From Gemmatimonadaceae bacterium (GTDB taxonomy: Bacteria > Gemmatimonadota > Gemmatimonadetes > Gemmatimonadales > Gemmatimonadaceae), in contig JBJMOW010000004.1 in assembly GCA_045803545.1 (NCBI GenBank), forward strand, positions 512,001 through 576,000: a stretch of 64,000 bases of DNA. Reading direction: 5' to 3'. The notes under the pieces are model-generated. The model was given only the letters and a program-made list of their open reading frames with translations, searched no databases and had not been told where the DNA came from. Positions 39,636 to 49,080 of this stretch are shown here, one piece after another; within the stretch, counting starts at the first letter, position 1, and each line of letters opens with the position of its first letter. The translations under genes were made by a program, and so were the position numbers.

Positions 39636-39809
39636 ATGGGTACGGGTTATACCACGCTGCGCGGTGAGCGAGGCGCGGCTGATGGCACCGGGACGGAACC
39701 GGAGAAATCGCGGCCGATCAAGAGCCCCAACGTATGCAAGAACTCAGGGCGTCGCGACAAAGGGGACGTAGCATTCGCGCGGGTCTTCAAGATTCGCAGC
39801 GTCAAATAG
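39636..39809 (+). CDS. Possible small protein (57 aa), divergent from AraC
   Basis: GGAGAACATATG RBS/start; MGTGYTTLRGERG...KGDVAFARVFKIRSVK; shorter than any ORF in the provided track. Confidence 0.35.
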   Translation: MGTGYTTLRGERGAADGTGTEPEKSRPIKSPNVCKNSGRRDKGDVAFARVFKIRSVK

Positions 39810-39843
39810 ATGATTCGCGCGGGATCCCGGCGACGCTCGATAT

Positions 39844-40224
39844 TCAGCCTTGAGTAATGGATAGGATGTTTCCGTCCGGATCCTTGAACCACGCTACGCG
39901 GGCGCCGCTCGGCGAATCCCAGATCCCGAGCGCGTCCTGATCCATCCCCGCGAATCGTTCGAAGACAACGCCTTTCTTCGAAAGCTGCCTGGCCACTGAT
40001 TCGGCGTTTGAGACGTGAAAGCCCAGAATGGTAAATGCCGAGGGCTTGAAACTCTTGACCGACGAAACGTTCGCGATTCGAATCATCACGCCGTTCGCGT
40101 CGAACACTAAAGCGAATTGATCTTCGCTCAGGAACTTCAAGCCGAGCGTCTTCTGATAAAATGCGCGTGCCTTTGCAGGCTCACGCGTCGGGACGAACGC
40201 AATCACATCGGCTGATTCCAGCAT
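39844..40224 (-). CDS. VOC/glyoxalase family protein
   Basis: ARAFYQKTLGL ... VAWFKDPDGNILS. Confidence 0.9.
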   Translation of the reverse strand: MLESADVIAFVPTREPAKARAFYQKTLGLKFLSEDQFALVFDANGVMIRIANVSSVKSFKPSAFTILGFHVSNAESVARQLSKKGVVFERFAGMDQDALGIWDSPSGARVAWFKDPDGNILSITQG

Positions 40225-40228
40225 TGAC

Positions 40229-42340
40229 TCACTCCAGCTTCAGCTCCCGCAATAGCGCGCGAAAGCGCGGGTGGTTGTGCAGGGACGTGAACAGAAAAGA
40301 GCTCTTCATCGCGTAGGTCGGTCCGGTGCGCGCGATCACAGCCTGTTCGAGATAGTCGAGAGCGCGATCAGAATCGCCCAGTCCCGTATAGACGTAAGCG
40401 AAGTGATAGGGAGATACGAACTTTTCACGCGCATATGCTTCCAGCTGCTCGAGAATCGTACGTGCCTTCGCTTCGTCGCCGGCCATCGCGTAGGCCTGAC
40501 CCAACTGGCCGAGCCAAAGCGTATTGCCGGGTGAGCACGCGACCGCTCGTTCGAGCTCGGCGATTCCGGCGCTTTGGTCTCCGTTAAGGAAGTAGGACCA
40601 GCCCAGTGTCGAACGCGCGCGGTCGTAACCGGGTTCGAACTCTACCGCTGCTTCCGCCGGCTTTATCGCCTCCTCGAACCTGCCCGCGCGAAGCAGCGTG
40701 GTGATGCGGTCCATGCGGTGCGCGAGCGGATCGAGCGCATGGGCGTGTTCCTGCGCCGCGATTGCTTCGTCAAACCGGCCGAGTCCGGCCAACATCCGAC
40801 CGTAAAGCACGTAGGCGTCGGCGCCGCTCGGGCTCAGCTCGATTGCTCGCTTGAATCCGTGCTCGGCGGCTTCCCAGTCGAACTCATGAGCGCTTTTGAG
40901 ATAGGCCAGGGTGCAATGTGCAGCGCCGAGCTCCGGATCCAGGTTGAGTGCCTGTTCGGATGCTTCAATCGCGCGCTCGTAAGCCAGGTCAGGGCTTATC
41001 GCGCCGACTTCGATAAGCTCGGTGTAGGCGATCGATTTGACGGCGTAGGCAAGCGCGAAAGAGGGATCGCGCGCAATCGCCTTGTCGAAAAACTCGATCG
41101 ATCGCAGCAGGCCTTCAGGTGTGTACTTGATGTACCACTCTCGGCCGCGCTGAAATAACTGATACGCGGGAATGTCGCTGGTCGGGCCGCGACGCACGCG
41201 ACTGCGCTCTTCCCGTGAGAGCTCGGCTTTCATCGCAGCGGCGATCTGCAGCGCGACGTCGGTCTGAATCGCAAAAATGTCAGTGAGCTCGCGATCGTAA
41301 GTCTCCGCCCACAGGTGCTGATCGGTCTGAACGTCGACGAGCTTGGCGACGATCCGCACCCGATCACCGGCGCGACGCACGCTGGCGTCGAGGATTGTCA
41401 TTGCGCCAAGTGCGGCGCCGATTTCCCGCAGAGATTGCTGGCGCTGCTTGAATCGCATCACTGACGTACGCGAGATGACTTTGAGGGCGTGAATTTTGGA
41501 TAGATGCGCGATTACGTCGTCGGTAATGCCATCGGCGAAATACTCGTTCTCAGCATCGGAGCTGAGGTTGATGAATGGCAGCACGGCGACGGAGGACCGA
41601 CTTTTTGCCGGTGCCGGAGTGCGTACCACTGGTGCCGTGCGCAACTCCTCGGCGAGGCGTGCTACTGCCGGATCGGGATCGAGATCGAGATCGGCTCGGC
41701 GGCGGCGCGCGTGTTCCGCGGCGTGGTGAACGGCGCCAAGGCGATCACCGGCGTCGTAAAGCGCCTTCATCAATTGCTGCGCGTAGAGGCCGGAGTGGGG
41801 ATCGACTGCCACGAGTCGTAAGCAGGTACGTACGCGTCCATGTAGGTCACCTGCCTGCTCCTGGCGTTGGGCGAGCGTGAGCAATGCACCGACGTATGCA
41901 TGCGACAGCTCGCTTCGACGCTCGTCGAGCCAGTATCCAAACTCCGAGGAATCGTCGAGATGAAATCCATCCAGCAGCGGGGCGGTGTAAAGTCTCGCGA
42001 CGCGATCCGACGCGTCCTCATCGATAGCTTCTCGGAGATCGAGCAAATCGCAGTTTGCTCGCGACGGATTGAACAGCAGCCCATCGCCCGTCGACGTGAT
42101 CGCCTCCTCGCCGAGCGCGGCACGCAGAACATGAACGGCGAGATTGAGCAATCGGCGTGCGCTGGGGAGGTCTTTCTCCGGCCAAAGCATCGCCATCGCC
42201 TTGTCGCGCGAGATCGGCTGCGGCCACGATGACGCAATTAGCGCCAGCAGCGCGATGCGGTGGCGTTGGGCCGGAGGGCCAGTGAGGGGAGCGTCGCCCG
42301 CGCGGAGGCAGGCACCGCCGAGCAATTGGACCGTGACCAT
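40229..42340 (-). CDS. SARP-like regulator: winged HTH + BTAD + TolB-N-like domain + TPRs
   Basis: VQLLGG..ALLALI..ISRDK..MLWPE..LRAALG; LLDGF..WLDERR; SVAVLPFINLS..EYFADGITDD..LKVISRTS; TPR helices; PRFRALL end. Confidence 0.88.
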   Translation of the reverse strand: MVTVQLLGGACLRAGDAPLTGPPAQRHRIALLALIASSWPQPISRDKAMAMLWPEKDLPSARRLLNLAVHVLRAALGEEAITSTGDGLLFNPSRANCDLLDLREAIDEDASDRVARLYTAPLLDGFHLDDSSEFGYWLDERRSELSHAYVGALLTLAQRQEQAGDLHGRVRTCLRLVAVDPHSGLYAQQLMKALYDAGDRLGAVHHAAEHARRRRADLDLDPDPAVARLAEELRTAPVVRTPAPAKSRSSVAVLPFINLSSDAENEYFADGITDDVIAHLSKIHALKVISRTSVMRFKQRQQSLREIGAALGAMTILDASVRRAGDRVRIVAKLVDVQTDQHLWAETYDRELTDIFAIQTDVALQIAAAMKAELSREERSRVRRGPTSDIPAYQLFQRGREWYIKYTPEGLLRSIEFFDKAIARDPSFALAYAVKSIAYTELIEVGAISPDLAYERAIEASEQALNLDPELGAAHCTLAYLKSAHEFDWEAAEHGFKRAIELSPSGADAYVLYGRMLAGLGRFDEAIAAQEHAHALDPLAHRMDRITTLLRAGRFEEAIKPAEAAVEFEPGYDRARSTLGWSYFLNGDQSAGIAELERAVACSPGNTLWLGQLGQAYAMAGDEAKARTILEQLEAYAREKFVSPYHFAYVYTGLGDSDRALDYLEQAVIARTGPTYAMKSSFLFTSLHNHPRFRALLRELKLE

Positions 42341-42347
42341 GCGAGAT

Positions 42348-42369
42348 CCAGCTAATTCCCAGCTAATTC
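42348..42369 (+). promoter_or_regulatory. 11-bp tandem direct repeat, candidate SARP-type binding site
   Basis: CCAGCTAATTC CCAGCTAATTC in the divergent intergenic region. Confidence 0.55.
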
Positions 42370-42446
42370 CGAGCGGAAGTAGGAGTTAAGCGGCTTGGTT
42401 CATCTTCCGCGCGTTGAACATAACTCACAACACACGCGGGGGCACG

Positions 42447-43010
42447 ATGAGATATACAACCACACTCGTTCTGGGTATCGCGCTGCTAAACGCTTGCAGT
42501 AGCGAATCCATTACCAAAAGCAGCAACGACTTGCGAATCGCGGGGAGCAAGTCGCAGGGATCGGATGTCAATCAGGATCTAGCGCGTTTGAGGCAGGTTA
42601 CCGCGTCGTTCCACGATTTCAACACCGCGTCTAACGCAGGATGGAAGACGCAGATCACGCCGTGCATGACCGATGCGGGCGGAGCTGGCGGAATGGGTTT
42701 CCATTACGGAAACACTGCTTTGATCGATGGCACCGCCAGCGTCGACAAGCCACAGCTGCTGCTGTTCGAGCCGGAAAAAAACGGCAACCTTCGACTGGTG
42801 GCGGTCGAGTACATCATTCCCTACACCTTCGTTCCGCGCAGCGCCACTCCGCCGCGGCTGTTCAATCAGGATTTTCAGCAGGTGGATGCGTTTCAGCTTT
42901 GGGGCTTGCACGCCTGGGTCTGGAGGGACAATCCGAGTGGGATCTTTGCGCCCTGGAATCCGCAGGTCAACTGCGTCAACGCGACCGCCAGAATCTCAAT
43001 GTCGCACTAG
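42447..43010 (+). CDS. Uncharacterised lipoprotein (GMGFHY ... LHAWVW..NPSG.F..WNP type)
   Basis: Lipobox LNAC; His/Trp-rich conserved-looking motifs. Confidence 0.8.
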   Translation: MRYTTTLVLGIALLNACSSESITKSSNDLRIAGSKSQGSDVNQDLARLRQVTASFHDFNTASNAGWKTQITPCMTDAGGAGGMGFHYGNTALIDGTASVDKPQLLLFEPEKNGNLRLVAVEYIIPYTFVPRSATPPRLFNQDFQQVDAFQLWGLHAWVWRDNPSGIFAPWNPQVNCVNATARISMSH

Positions 43011-43039
43011 TGGAACTGAACCTTTGACAGGAGACAGCG

Positions 43040-43339
43040 ATGCCCAAGTATCTGATCGAACGAGAGATCCCGAATGCGGGAGCGCTTTCGCCAGTGGAGT
43101 TGAAGGCGATTGCGGAGAAGTCGTGCGGCGTGTTGCAGCAGCTGGGGCCGAGTATTCAGTGGGTGCAGAGCTATGTGACGGAAGACAAGATCACCTGCAT
43201 ATATATCGCGCCGAACGCGGAGATCGTTCGCGAGCACGCGAAGCGTGGGGGCTTCCCGGCGGACCGTGTCCTGGAAGTAGCGACGATCATCGACCCGACG
43301 ACGGCGGAGACCAGTTTGCTGGCGGTGGCCGCGTCCTGA
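43040..43339 (+). CDS. DUF4242 (SCO4226-like) small protein
   Basis: MPKYLIEREIP..W..SYV..DKI.C.Y.AP..E.VREHA..GGFPAD; AGGAGA RBS. Confidence 0.85.
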   Translation: MPKYLIEREIPNAGALSPVELKAIAEKSCGVLQQLGPSIQWVQSYVTEDKITCIYIAPNAEIVREHAKRGGFPADRVLEVATIIDPTTAETSLLAVAAS

Positions 43340-43360
43340 GGATTCAAGTTTCGTTGTAGA

Positions 43361-43398
43361 GCAAGGCGTCCGACGACTCGCAGCGTCGGGCGCCTTGC
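43361..43398. terminator. Hairpin between convergent genes
   Basis: GCAAGGCGTCCGACG...CGTCGGGCGCCTTGC. Confidence 0.65.
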
Positions 43399-43404
43399 AT
43401 CGGG

Positions 43405-43770
43405 TTACCCGTTCGGTTCCTGATAGAGCCCAACGATGTTGCCACCTGGGTCGCGGAATCGCGCGGTGATTTCGGGCGCGTCCGCGCCGATTTTCTGCAC
43501 TATCGTCGCGCCGTTCTGCTCGATTGTCTTGCAGGTGTCGGCGACGCTGTCGACCATGATATAGAAGAGCAGGCCGGGACTGTCCCACGGTTTCCTGTTG
43601 GTAACGAACGAACCGCTGACTTCACCGGTCGTATCGTCGAACGCCTGGGCCCCGTCGCCGCGGGTGCGGACGTTCCAGCCGAAGACTTTTGAGTAGAACG
43701 CCGCGGACTTCTTCACGTCCGAGGTCGGAAGCTCGATGTAGCAGATTTTTCCATTCTTGCTTGTTGGCAT
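43405..43770 (-). CDS. VOC/glyoxalase family protein
   Basis: GKICYIELP..FYSKVFGW ... FRDPGGNIVGLYQ; GGAG RBS. Confidence 0.9.
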   Translation of the reverse strand: MPTSKNGKICYIELPTSDVKKSAAFYSKVFGWNVRTRGDGAQAFDDTTGEVSGSFVTNRKPWDSPGLLFYIMVDSVADTCKTIEQNGATIVQKIGADAPEITARFRDPGGNIVGLYQEPNG

Positions 43771-43799
43771 TGTAACTCCGCGAGATTTGACGGACGACG

Positions 43800-44150
43800 C
43801 TAAGCGCTGCCGGATGCCGGCACCACGCATTCCCAACGCGCGACGATCGAACATCCGCGCTTGAGCGTTGCGTCTTCAAAGATTACCACCATCGCACTAT
43901 TCTGCGCACGCTTGTAAACCGAGCGACGACTATCTGCAGCGATTGCGCGCCGTGCGACGGCTGCGACCTGCAACGCGTAACTGATCTGCTGTTCTTCCGA
44001 CCATCGAGCGGCGCCGAGGCTTCTGAAGATGATTCTGGTTCGCGCGCCAATTAACACTTCTGGCGCGCGATCGACGGCCAGGGCAGCGGCGATCTTGTTA
44101 GCGACGGACGCGTACCGAACGATGCCGATGCGGAGTCGTCTCATTCCCAT
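43800..44150 (-). CDS. Hypothetical protein
   Basis: 116-aa ORF filling the gap, co-oriented with neighbours. Confidence 0.55.
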   Translation of the reverse strand: MGMRRLRIGIVRYASVANKIAAALAVDRAPEVLIGARTRIIFRSLGAARWSEEQQISYALQVAAVARRAIAADSRRSVYKRAQNSAMVVIFEDATLKRGCSIVARWECVVPASGSA

Positions 44151-44260
44151 TTACACGCTCGAGCTGGGAGACGATTCAGGGATATCAGGATCCGAGGTGC
44201 TCCGCACACCACTGCGCAGTAATTCGTAATGTTGCTCATGCCGGTGGTCCTTACGTACGA

Positions 44261-44761
44261 TCAGCTGTTCCGTTTCGCGGGCGGTGGCAGCTCGACGAAG
44301 CCGGGCGCTTTGGGCACCTGCGCGAATACAGCGCGCAATTCGGTGGGCGGAGCGATCAACTTGCGAGCGCGCAAGTCCAGCCAACCGCCGGTGGAGCGAA
44401 CAACCGCAGCCCGCTCACCGCTCGCCGACCAGATCTCGTTCTCGACAGTGAAGCGCGAGCCGTCGGGACTCATCGCCAGGACGGCATAGGTCACGGTCAC
44501 CGTCTCATGTAATCCGACCTCGCGGAAATACTCGATCTCTTCCTTCTTCACGACCGGTCCAATCGCCAGTCGACGGAACTCACTCGGTGAAAAGCCGTGC
44601 TCGGCGAAGAACGCCATGCGCACATCCGCGGCGAGGTTGAGGTACGCTGTATTCCCCATGTGACCGTTGAAGTCCATGGTGCCCCAGCCGGCGAGAAACT
44701 CTTTCGCGTAGCGGCTCAGGTCGCGTGTCTTCACGACTTCATGATTTACAGTCGCTTGCAT
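44261..44761 (-). CDS. 4HBT/YbgC-like acyl-CoA thioesterase
   Basis: MDFNGHMGNTAYL hot-dog motif; start uncertain. Confidence 0.85.
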   Translation of the reverse strand: MQATVNHEVVKTRDLSRYAKEFLAGWGTMDFNGHMGNTAYLNLAADVRMAFFAEHGFSPSEFRRLAIGPVVKKEEIEYFREVGLHETVTVTYAVLAMSPDGSRFTVENEIWSASGERAAVVRSTGGWLDLRARKLIAPPTELRAVFAQVPKAPGFVELPPPAKRNS

Positions 44762-44768
44762 TGGAATG

Positions 44769-46571
44769 TCAGCGGATAGGAATCGGCGCGCTGAGACCGG
44801 AGACACCATTCTCGTCAAAGCTCTCGATCGCAACCCAATACGATTGTCCAACGGTCAGTGCTCGCAACTCGAGAGTCGTCCCCTGATCGGCGAAGCGCTG
44901 ATAGGTCTCATACAACTTGGTCGGCGAAATTCCCCAACGCACGTTGTAACCAACGACGTTAGGCACCGATTGCCAGGTGATGGTTGCGTTTCGCTCGTCT
45001 CGATCACGCGTTGCGGAGAGTCCCATCGGAGTTGCGGGCGGCGGGCCGTCTCCGTTTCCAAATACACGGATGTCGCTGATGGCGAGGTTCGCGGCGCCGA
45101 CGTGGCCGTGCTCGTAACGAACGTAGCGCGCGCGTGTCGGAGTCGTGAGCTCGAGGTATGCGTTCGGTCGATCGCGACGAGGTGAGCCGGGAACTTCGGC
45201 GATCGTCGTCCAGGTTTTGGAGTCGAGCGAGCTGCTCAAGCGAAACGTCGTGTACACGGTTGAGTCGGTTCCGTAGAGCCCGGACTTGTAGTCAGCGTAA
45301 TTCACTTGCACAGCTTTAACCGTGTATGGTTGGCCAAGATCGAGGATGAGCGTTTCCCGCGGGCGGTTCTGTGCTGCAACCCAGAACGTGCGTGGGTTTT
45401 CGTCGGTGATGTTTCGCGCCGGAAAGGTGTCGCGCGTTGAGGATGCCGTTACGGCCCTGTGATAGGAGAGCAACATCCACCCCGTGAACGTCTCGTCGGT
45501 TGCACGTCTCGTTTTCGTCGGCAGCCAGTGCGGAAAGTCTCCGAAGCGGGTGTCCACGTACTGCTGACCATCCTTGTCGAATCCGGCGGGATGGAGTCCG
45601 ATGCGGCGCTCGAAGTTCCAGTTGACTGCGATCCACGGGGTGCCGGTGTTCCACCAGTTGCCATAGACATCCTGAAAGGTGTTGCCATGTCCCGCGCCCT
45701 GGACGAATCCACCTGGTTTGTAAGCGACTGGATTGTACGGCGCGTAGGTGAACGGTCCAAGTGGATTATCGCTGACGTACACTCCGGTGGAATAGACGTT
45801 GTACTCGGTTCCGGGCGCGCCGTACTGCAGATAGTAGCGTCCGTTGTACTTGTTCATCCACGAGCCTTCGATAAACGGCTTGACCGTCGAGTCGCGATGA
45901 TCCTGACCGAATCGCTCCCAGCCGTGGTGTATGGGATCGAGACCAAACAGCCAACGCGGCGTTCCCTTGTAGGCGAGTTGCCTGGTTTTATCGAGCTCGA
46001 TGACGTTTAGCGGATAGACGTTCGATGAGTTCCAATAGAGGAACCAGCGGTCAGTATCGGGATCGTGGAAAAACTGAGGATCCCAGGGGCCCGGCTGCAC
46101 CGAATCCGGTTTCGCGAATGCATCCCGCGGCTCGTACGAGCGCGCCATCGGCAGCCACGGCAACAATCGATTGTAGAACTCGACGTGTCCACTCGCCGGA
46201 TCGGTCAGCATCATGATCGGCAGCGGACTCGTCGCACTCGGCAACACATAAATCGTATCGCGCACTGAGAGTACCGCCGGTGCGACGACGTCATTGAGCG
46301 GCCAGCGCGACGGCGTGATGTGATACCAGGTCCCGAGATCCTTCGAGCGCCAGTAACCATCGCCGATGGTCTCGAACAGGTAGTATTGCCCGCCCTGCAC
46401 GACGATTACCGGATCGGCGCCGCTACGATACGAGATGCCTTCGTTGTGCTGCTCGAAGTTGTACCGATAGTCGATGTCGATCGGATTGGCATACGTGCGC
46501 GGCGGGGTTTGACCGTTAAGTGCGCTCAACGCTATCGATGTGACCGGTGCCAGCAGCGCCAAAACGCGCAT
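44769..46571 (-). CDS. Secreted GH43-family glycoside hydrolase with F5/8 (CBM32-like) and FN3-like domains
   Basis: Signal peptide; GADP, WDP, FIEGSW..Y.LQYGAPGTE, GAGHG; DENPRTFW; C-terminal YNVRWG..DENG. Confidence 0.88.
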   Translation of the reverse strand: MRVLALLAPVTSIALSALNGQTPPRTYANPIDIDYRYNFEQHNEGISYRSGADPVIVVQGGQYYLFETIGDGYWRSKDLGTWYHITPSRWPLNDVVAPAVLSVRDTIYVLPSATSPLPIMMLTDPASGHVEFYNRLLPWLPMARSYEPRDAFAKPDSVQPGPWDPQFFHDPDTDRWFLYWNSSNVYPLNVIELDKTRQLAYKGTPRWLFGLDPIHHGWERFGQDHRDSTVKPFIEGSWMNKYNGRYYLQYGAPGTEYNVYSTGVYVSDNPLGPFTYAPYNPVAYKPGGFVQGAGHGNTFQDVYGNWWNTGTPWIAVNWNFERRIGLHPAGFDKDGQQYVDTRFGDFPHWLPTKTRRATDETFTGWMLLSYHRAVTASSTRDTFPARNITDENPRTFWVAAQNRPRETLILDLGQPYTVKAVQVNYADYKSGLYGTDSTVYTTFRLSSSLDSKTWTTIAEVPGSPRRDRPNAYLELTTPTRARYVRYEHGHVGAANLAISDIRVFGNGDGPPPATPMGLSATRDRDERNATITWQSVPNVVGYNVRWGISPTKLYETYQRFADQGTTLELRALTVGQSYWVAIESFDENGVSGLSAPIPIR

Positions 46572-47113
46572 CAGCGGAGCGTCATCCGAAACTGATTGGA
46601 AATCGCCTCGACGGTTCGCGCGTCCTGCCGATTAGTGAGGTTCGCTGCGTTGCGAAAGCCCGCCCCTTCGCGTAGAACCCAATGAAGGCGATATATGCCG
46701 TTGATGGAATCAACTTCAAGCTGAGGAAATGTAGTCGAGCCCTTGGGAGCGGCCATGAAGCGCACTTCGTTGCGATAAGTTGCTCCGCTAGCAAGCGAAA
46801 AATCTGGCAGACTGAGGCAGGCCAGATATACCGGGTGATACGCCGCCGTCCAGCTGCCATGCACGAGTTTTTCGAGTTCTGGCATTGGAGGGCCTCCGCA
46901 ACCAGATAGCGAAACCGGACCGCGAGTGGTATTGGTGAATACGAAGCCGATTGTGGCGAGGTAGTACGGGCCAAGATGGACTCCGATTTCAGTCGAATCC
47001 GTGCGAAGCTCCGCATGGAGGGGAGCACGCGAACGCTGAAGCGTGCGACAGGTGGCCAGCAAGAGCGCCAGTATTACCACAAGCACGACAGGCGAGCGTC
47101 GAATCGCTGACAC
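46571..47113 (-). CDS. Hypothetical exported protein or lipoprotein
   Basis: GTG start next to the upstream stop; hydrophobic N-terminus ending LLATC; Ig-like pattern. Confidence 0.6.
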   Translation of the reverse strand: MSAIRRSPVVLVVILALLLATCRTLQRSRAPLHAELRTDSTEIGVHLGPYYLATIGFVFTNTTRGPVSLSGCGGPPMPELEKLVHGSWTAAYHPVYLACLSLPDFSLASGATYRNEVRFMAAPKGSTTFPQLEVDSINGIYRLHWVLREGAGFRNAANLTNRQDARTVEAISNQFRMTLR

Positions 47114-47115
47114 TC

Positions 47116-47802
47116 TCAACTGATTCTCCTGGCGCGATCGGCGCTTGCCAACGCATTGATGTCCCAGTTTTCGAGAACGCGCTTCTCGTAGCCGACATCG
47201 GCCACCGCGAGCATTGCGTGCGCGACATTCTCGGACGTAGTCATGTGCTTCGGCGCCAGCCGGCTGAGAACCGGATAGAGCGGATTCAGAATCGCATAGG
47301 TTAAGCGATACCAACGGGTTTTGGAGCGCGCACCCGGACGCGGCCGGATGAAGCCAGGGCGGAACATGTAGGCGTCGAGCGGCAGCGCGAGCAGCGCATT
47401 CTCGGTCTTGCCCTTCACGCGCGCCCACATCCGTTTTCCACGTTCGCTGCTGTCCGTTCCCTCACCGGTCACGTAGCAGAAAGTTGCGTTCGGATGCGCC
47501 GCGGCCACAGCAGTCGCCGCCGACATCGTTAGCTCGTAGGTCTGGTGGTGGTAGTCCCGTTCCGACATTCCCACGGAGGAAACCCCCAGGCAGAAAAAAC
47601 AGGCGTCGACTTCTTCGAGCTCGCGCGAAAGGTCCCTGTAATCGAAGAAGTCCTTGCGGCGAATCTCACGGAGCTTCGCGTGAGTTATCGACAGCGCTGA
47701 TCGCGTAACTGCCAGCACGCTCGCGATCCGGGAATCTTCCAAGCATTCATGGAGAACCCCGTCACCAACCATTCCCGTTGCGCCGAACAAAAGTACTTTC
47801 AT
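47116..47802 (-). CDS. NAD(P)-binding epimerase-like (atypical SDR) protein
   Basis: VLLFGATGMVG, ACFFCLG, WARVKGKTEN, FRPGFI. Confidence 0.88.
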   Translation of the reverse strand: MKVLLFGATGMVGDGVLHECLEDSRIASVLAVTRSALSITHAKLREIRRKDFFDYRDLSRELEEVDACFFCLGVSSVGMSERDYHHQTYELTMSAATAVAAAHPNATFCYVTGEGTDSSERGKRMWARVKGKTENALLALPLDAYMFRPGFIRPRPGARSKTRWYRLTYAILNPLYPVLSRLAPKHMTTSENVAHAMLAVADVGYEKRVLENWDINALASADRARRIS

Positions 47803-47837
47803 AGAGACACAGCCAAAAATGCGCTAGCTTTTCTCCC

Positions 47838-49028
47838 ATGGCGAGCAATCAGAAAACGATCGCAATCCTCACCGGCGGCGGCGACGTCCCCGGACTGAAC
47901 CCGGCGATCAGAGCAATCACCATTCGCGCCCTGCGCGAAGGATATCGAGTTGTTGGAATTCGGCGCGGCTGGGCTGGACTCGTCGACTACAGTCGCGACA
48001 AAGGAGCCGACAACGCCGACAATGTCCAGGAGCTGTCGGAAGCGATCGTAAATCGTGCGGGCCGCACGGGTGGCACGTTCCTCCACACGTCGCGCACGCG
48101 TCCAAGTCATCTCCCGCTCGGCAGAGTGCCGAAGCACATGACCGGCTACGACCAGAAGACCAACGACGTTACCAAGGACGTCCTGACGAATCTCGAGCAC
48201 ATCGGTGTCGACGTGCTCGTTCCGATCGGGGGGGATGATACGCTGAGCTATGGGAAGCGACTTCACGATGAAGGAATGCACGTCGTCGCCATTCCGAAGA
48301 CGATGGATAACGACGTCTACGGCACCGACTACTGCATCGGGTTCAGCACGTGCGTCACGCGCACCATCGAGCTGACCCATCGCCTGCGCACGTCGGCCGG
48401 ATCGCACGAGCGTTTTCTGGTGATCGAAGTATTCGGGAGATACGCCGGCTTTACTGCGCTGTTGCCGACGATGGCGGGAGCGGCGGATCGCTGTCTTATT
48501 CCGGAGTACGCTGCCGACGTCGAAGCGCTGACCGAGCTAATGGTCTACGACCACAACCGGAATCCGAGCAAGTACTCGGTGGTACTTGTGTCAGAGGGTG
48601 CAGGACTCAAGGCGCAGGAAGGAATGAGCTTCGAGGGCGAGGAGGTTGACATGTTCGGCCATCGCAAGCTCGGCGGCATCGGTGACAAAGTCGCGGCCGC
48701 GCTCAAGGAGTACTCGCCGAAGTACAACAACGGCCGACGCATCGACGTCGTCAATCAGCGGCTCGGATACCTCGTTCGCTCGGGCGATCCCGACGCGCTC
48801 GACTCGATCGTGCCGATGGCCTTCGGCAATCTTGCGCTCGACCTGATTCTCAAGAAGGAGTATGGACGGCTGGTGAGCGTACACAAGGGATTCTACGATA
48901 GTGTGCCGATCACCAGCGTCACGTCCGAGAAAAAAGTCGTCGACGTCAAGAAATACTACAATGTCGATCGACTACGTCCGATCTACGAGTTCGATGGCGC
49001 GCCGCTGTTCATCATGACCAGTGACTGA
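47838..49028 (+). CDS. 6-phosphofructokinase, probably PPi-dependent
   Basis: TGGGDVPGLN, GGTFLHTSR, GGDDT, PKTMDND, EVFGRYAG, LGYLVRSG. Confidence 0.9.
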   Translation: MASNQKTIAILTGGGDVPGLNPAIRAITIRALREGYRVVGIRRGWAGLVDYSRDKGADNADNVQELSEAIVNRAGRTGGTFLHTSRTRPSHLPLGRVPKHMTGYDQKTNDVTKDVLTNLEHIGVDVLVPIGGDDTLSYGKRLHDEGMHVVAIPKTMDNDVYGTDYCIGFSTCVTRTIELTHRLRTSAGSHERFLVIEVFGRYAGFTALLPTMAGAADRCLIPEYAADVEALTELMVYDHNRNPSKYSVVLVSEGAGLKAQEGMSFEGEEVDMFGHRKLGGIGDKVAAALKEYSPKYNNGRRIDVVNQRLGYLVRSGDPDALDSIVPMAFGNLALDLILKKEYGRLVSVHKGFYDSVPITSVTSEKKVVDVKKYYNVDRLRPIYEFDGAPLFIMTSD

Positions 49029-49041
49029 CAGAGCGCCGAGA

Positions 49042-49063
49042 CGCGTGGAGCTAGCTCCACGCG
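49042..49063. terminator. Perfect 22-bp palindrome between convergent genes
   Basis: CGCGTGGAGCTAGCTCCACGCG. Confidence 0.65.
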
Positions 49064-49080
49064 CTCTGGCTTTGCCTCTG

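Noticed and set aside
43800..44384. Stop-codon readthrough joining ORFs 44151-44384 and 43800-44150 (same frame, TAA then ATG)
   Set aside because: The upstream ORF overlaps the thioesterase gene in another frame and looks non-coding. The stop is TAA and I see no recoding signal.
37676..47802. Prophage or genomic island around the SRAP gene
   Set aside because: No integrase, transposase, phage structural gene, tRNA target or flanking direct repeat was found, and there is no compositional shift obvious by eye.
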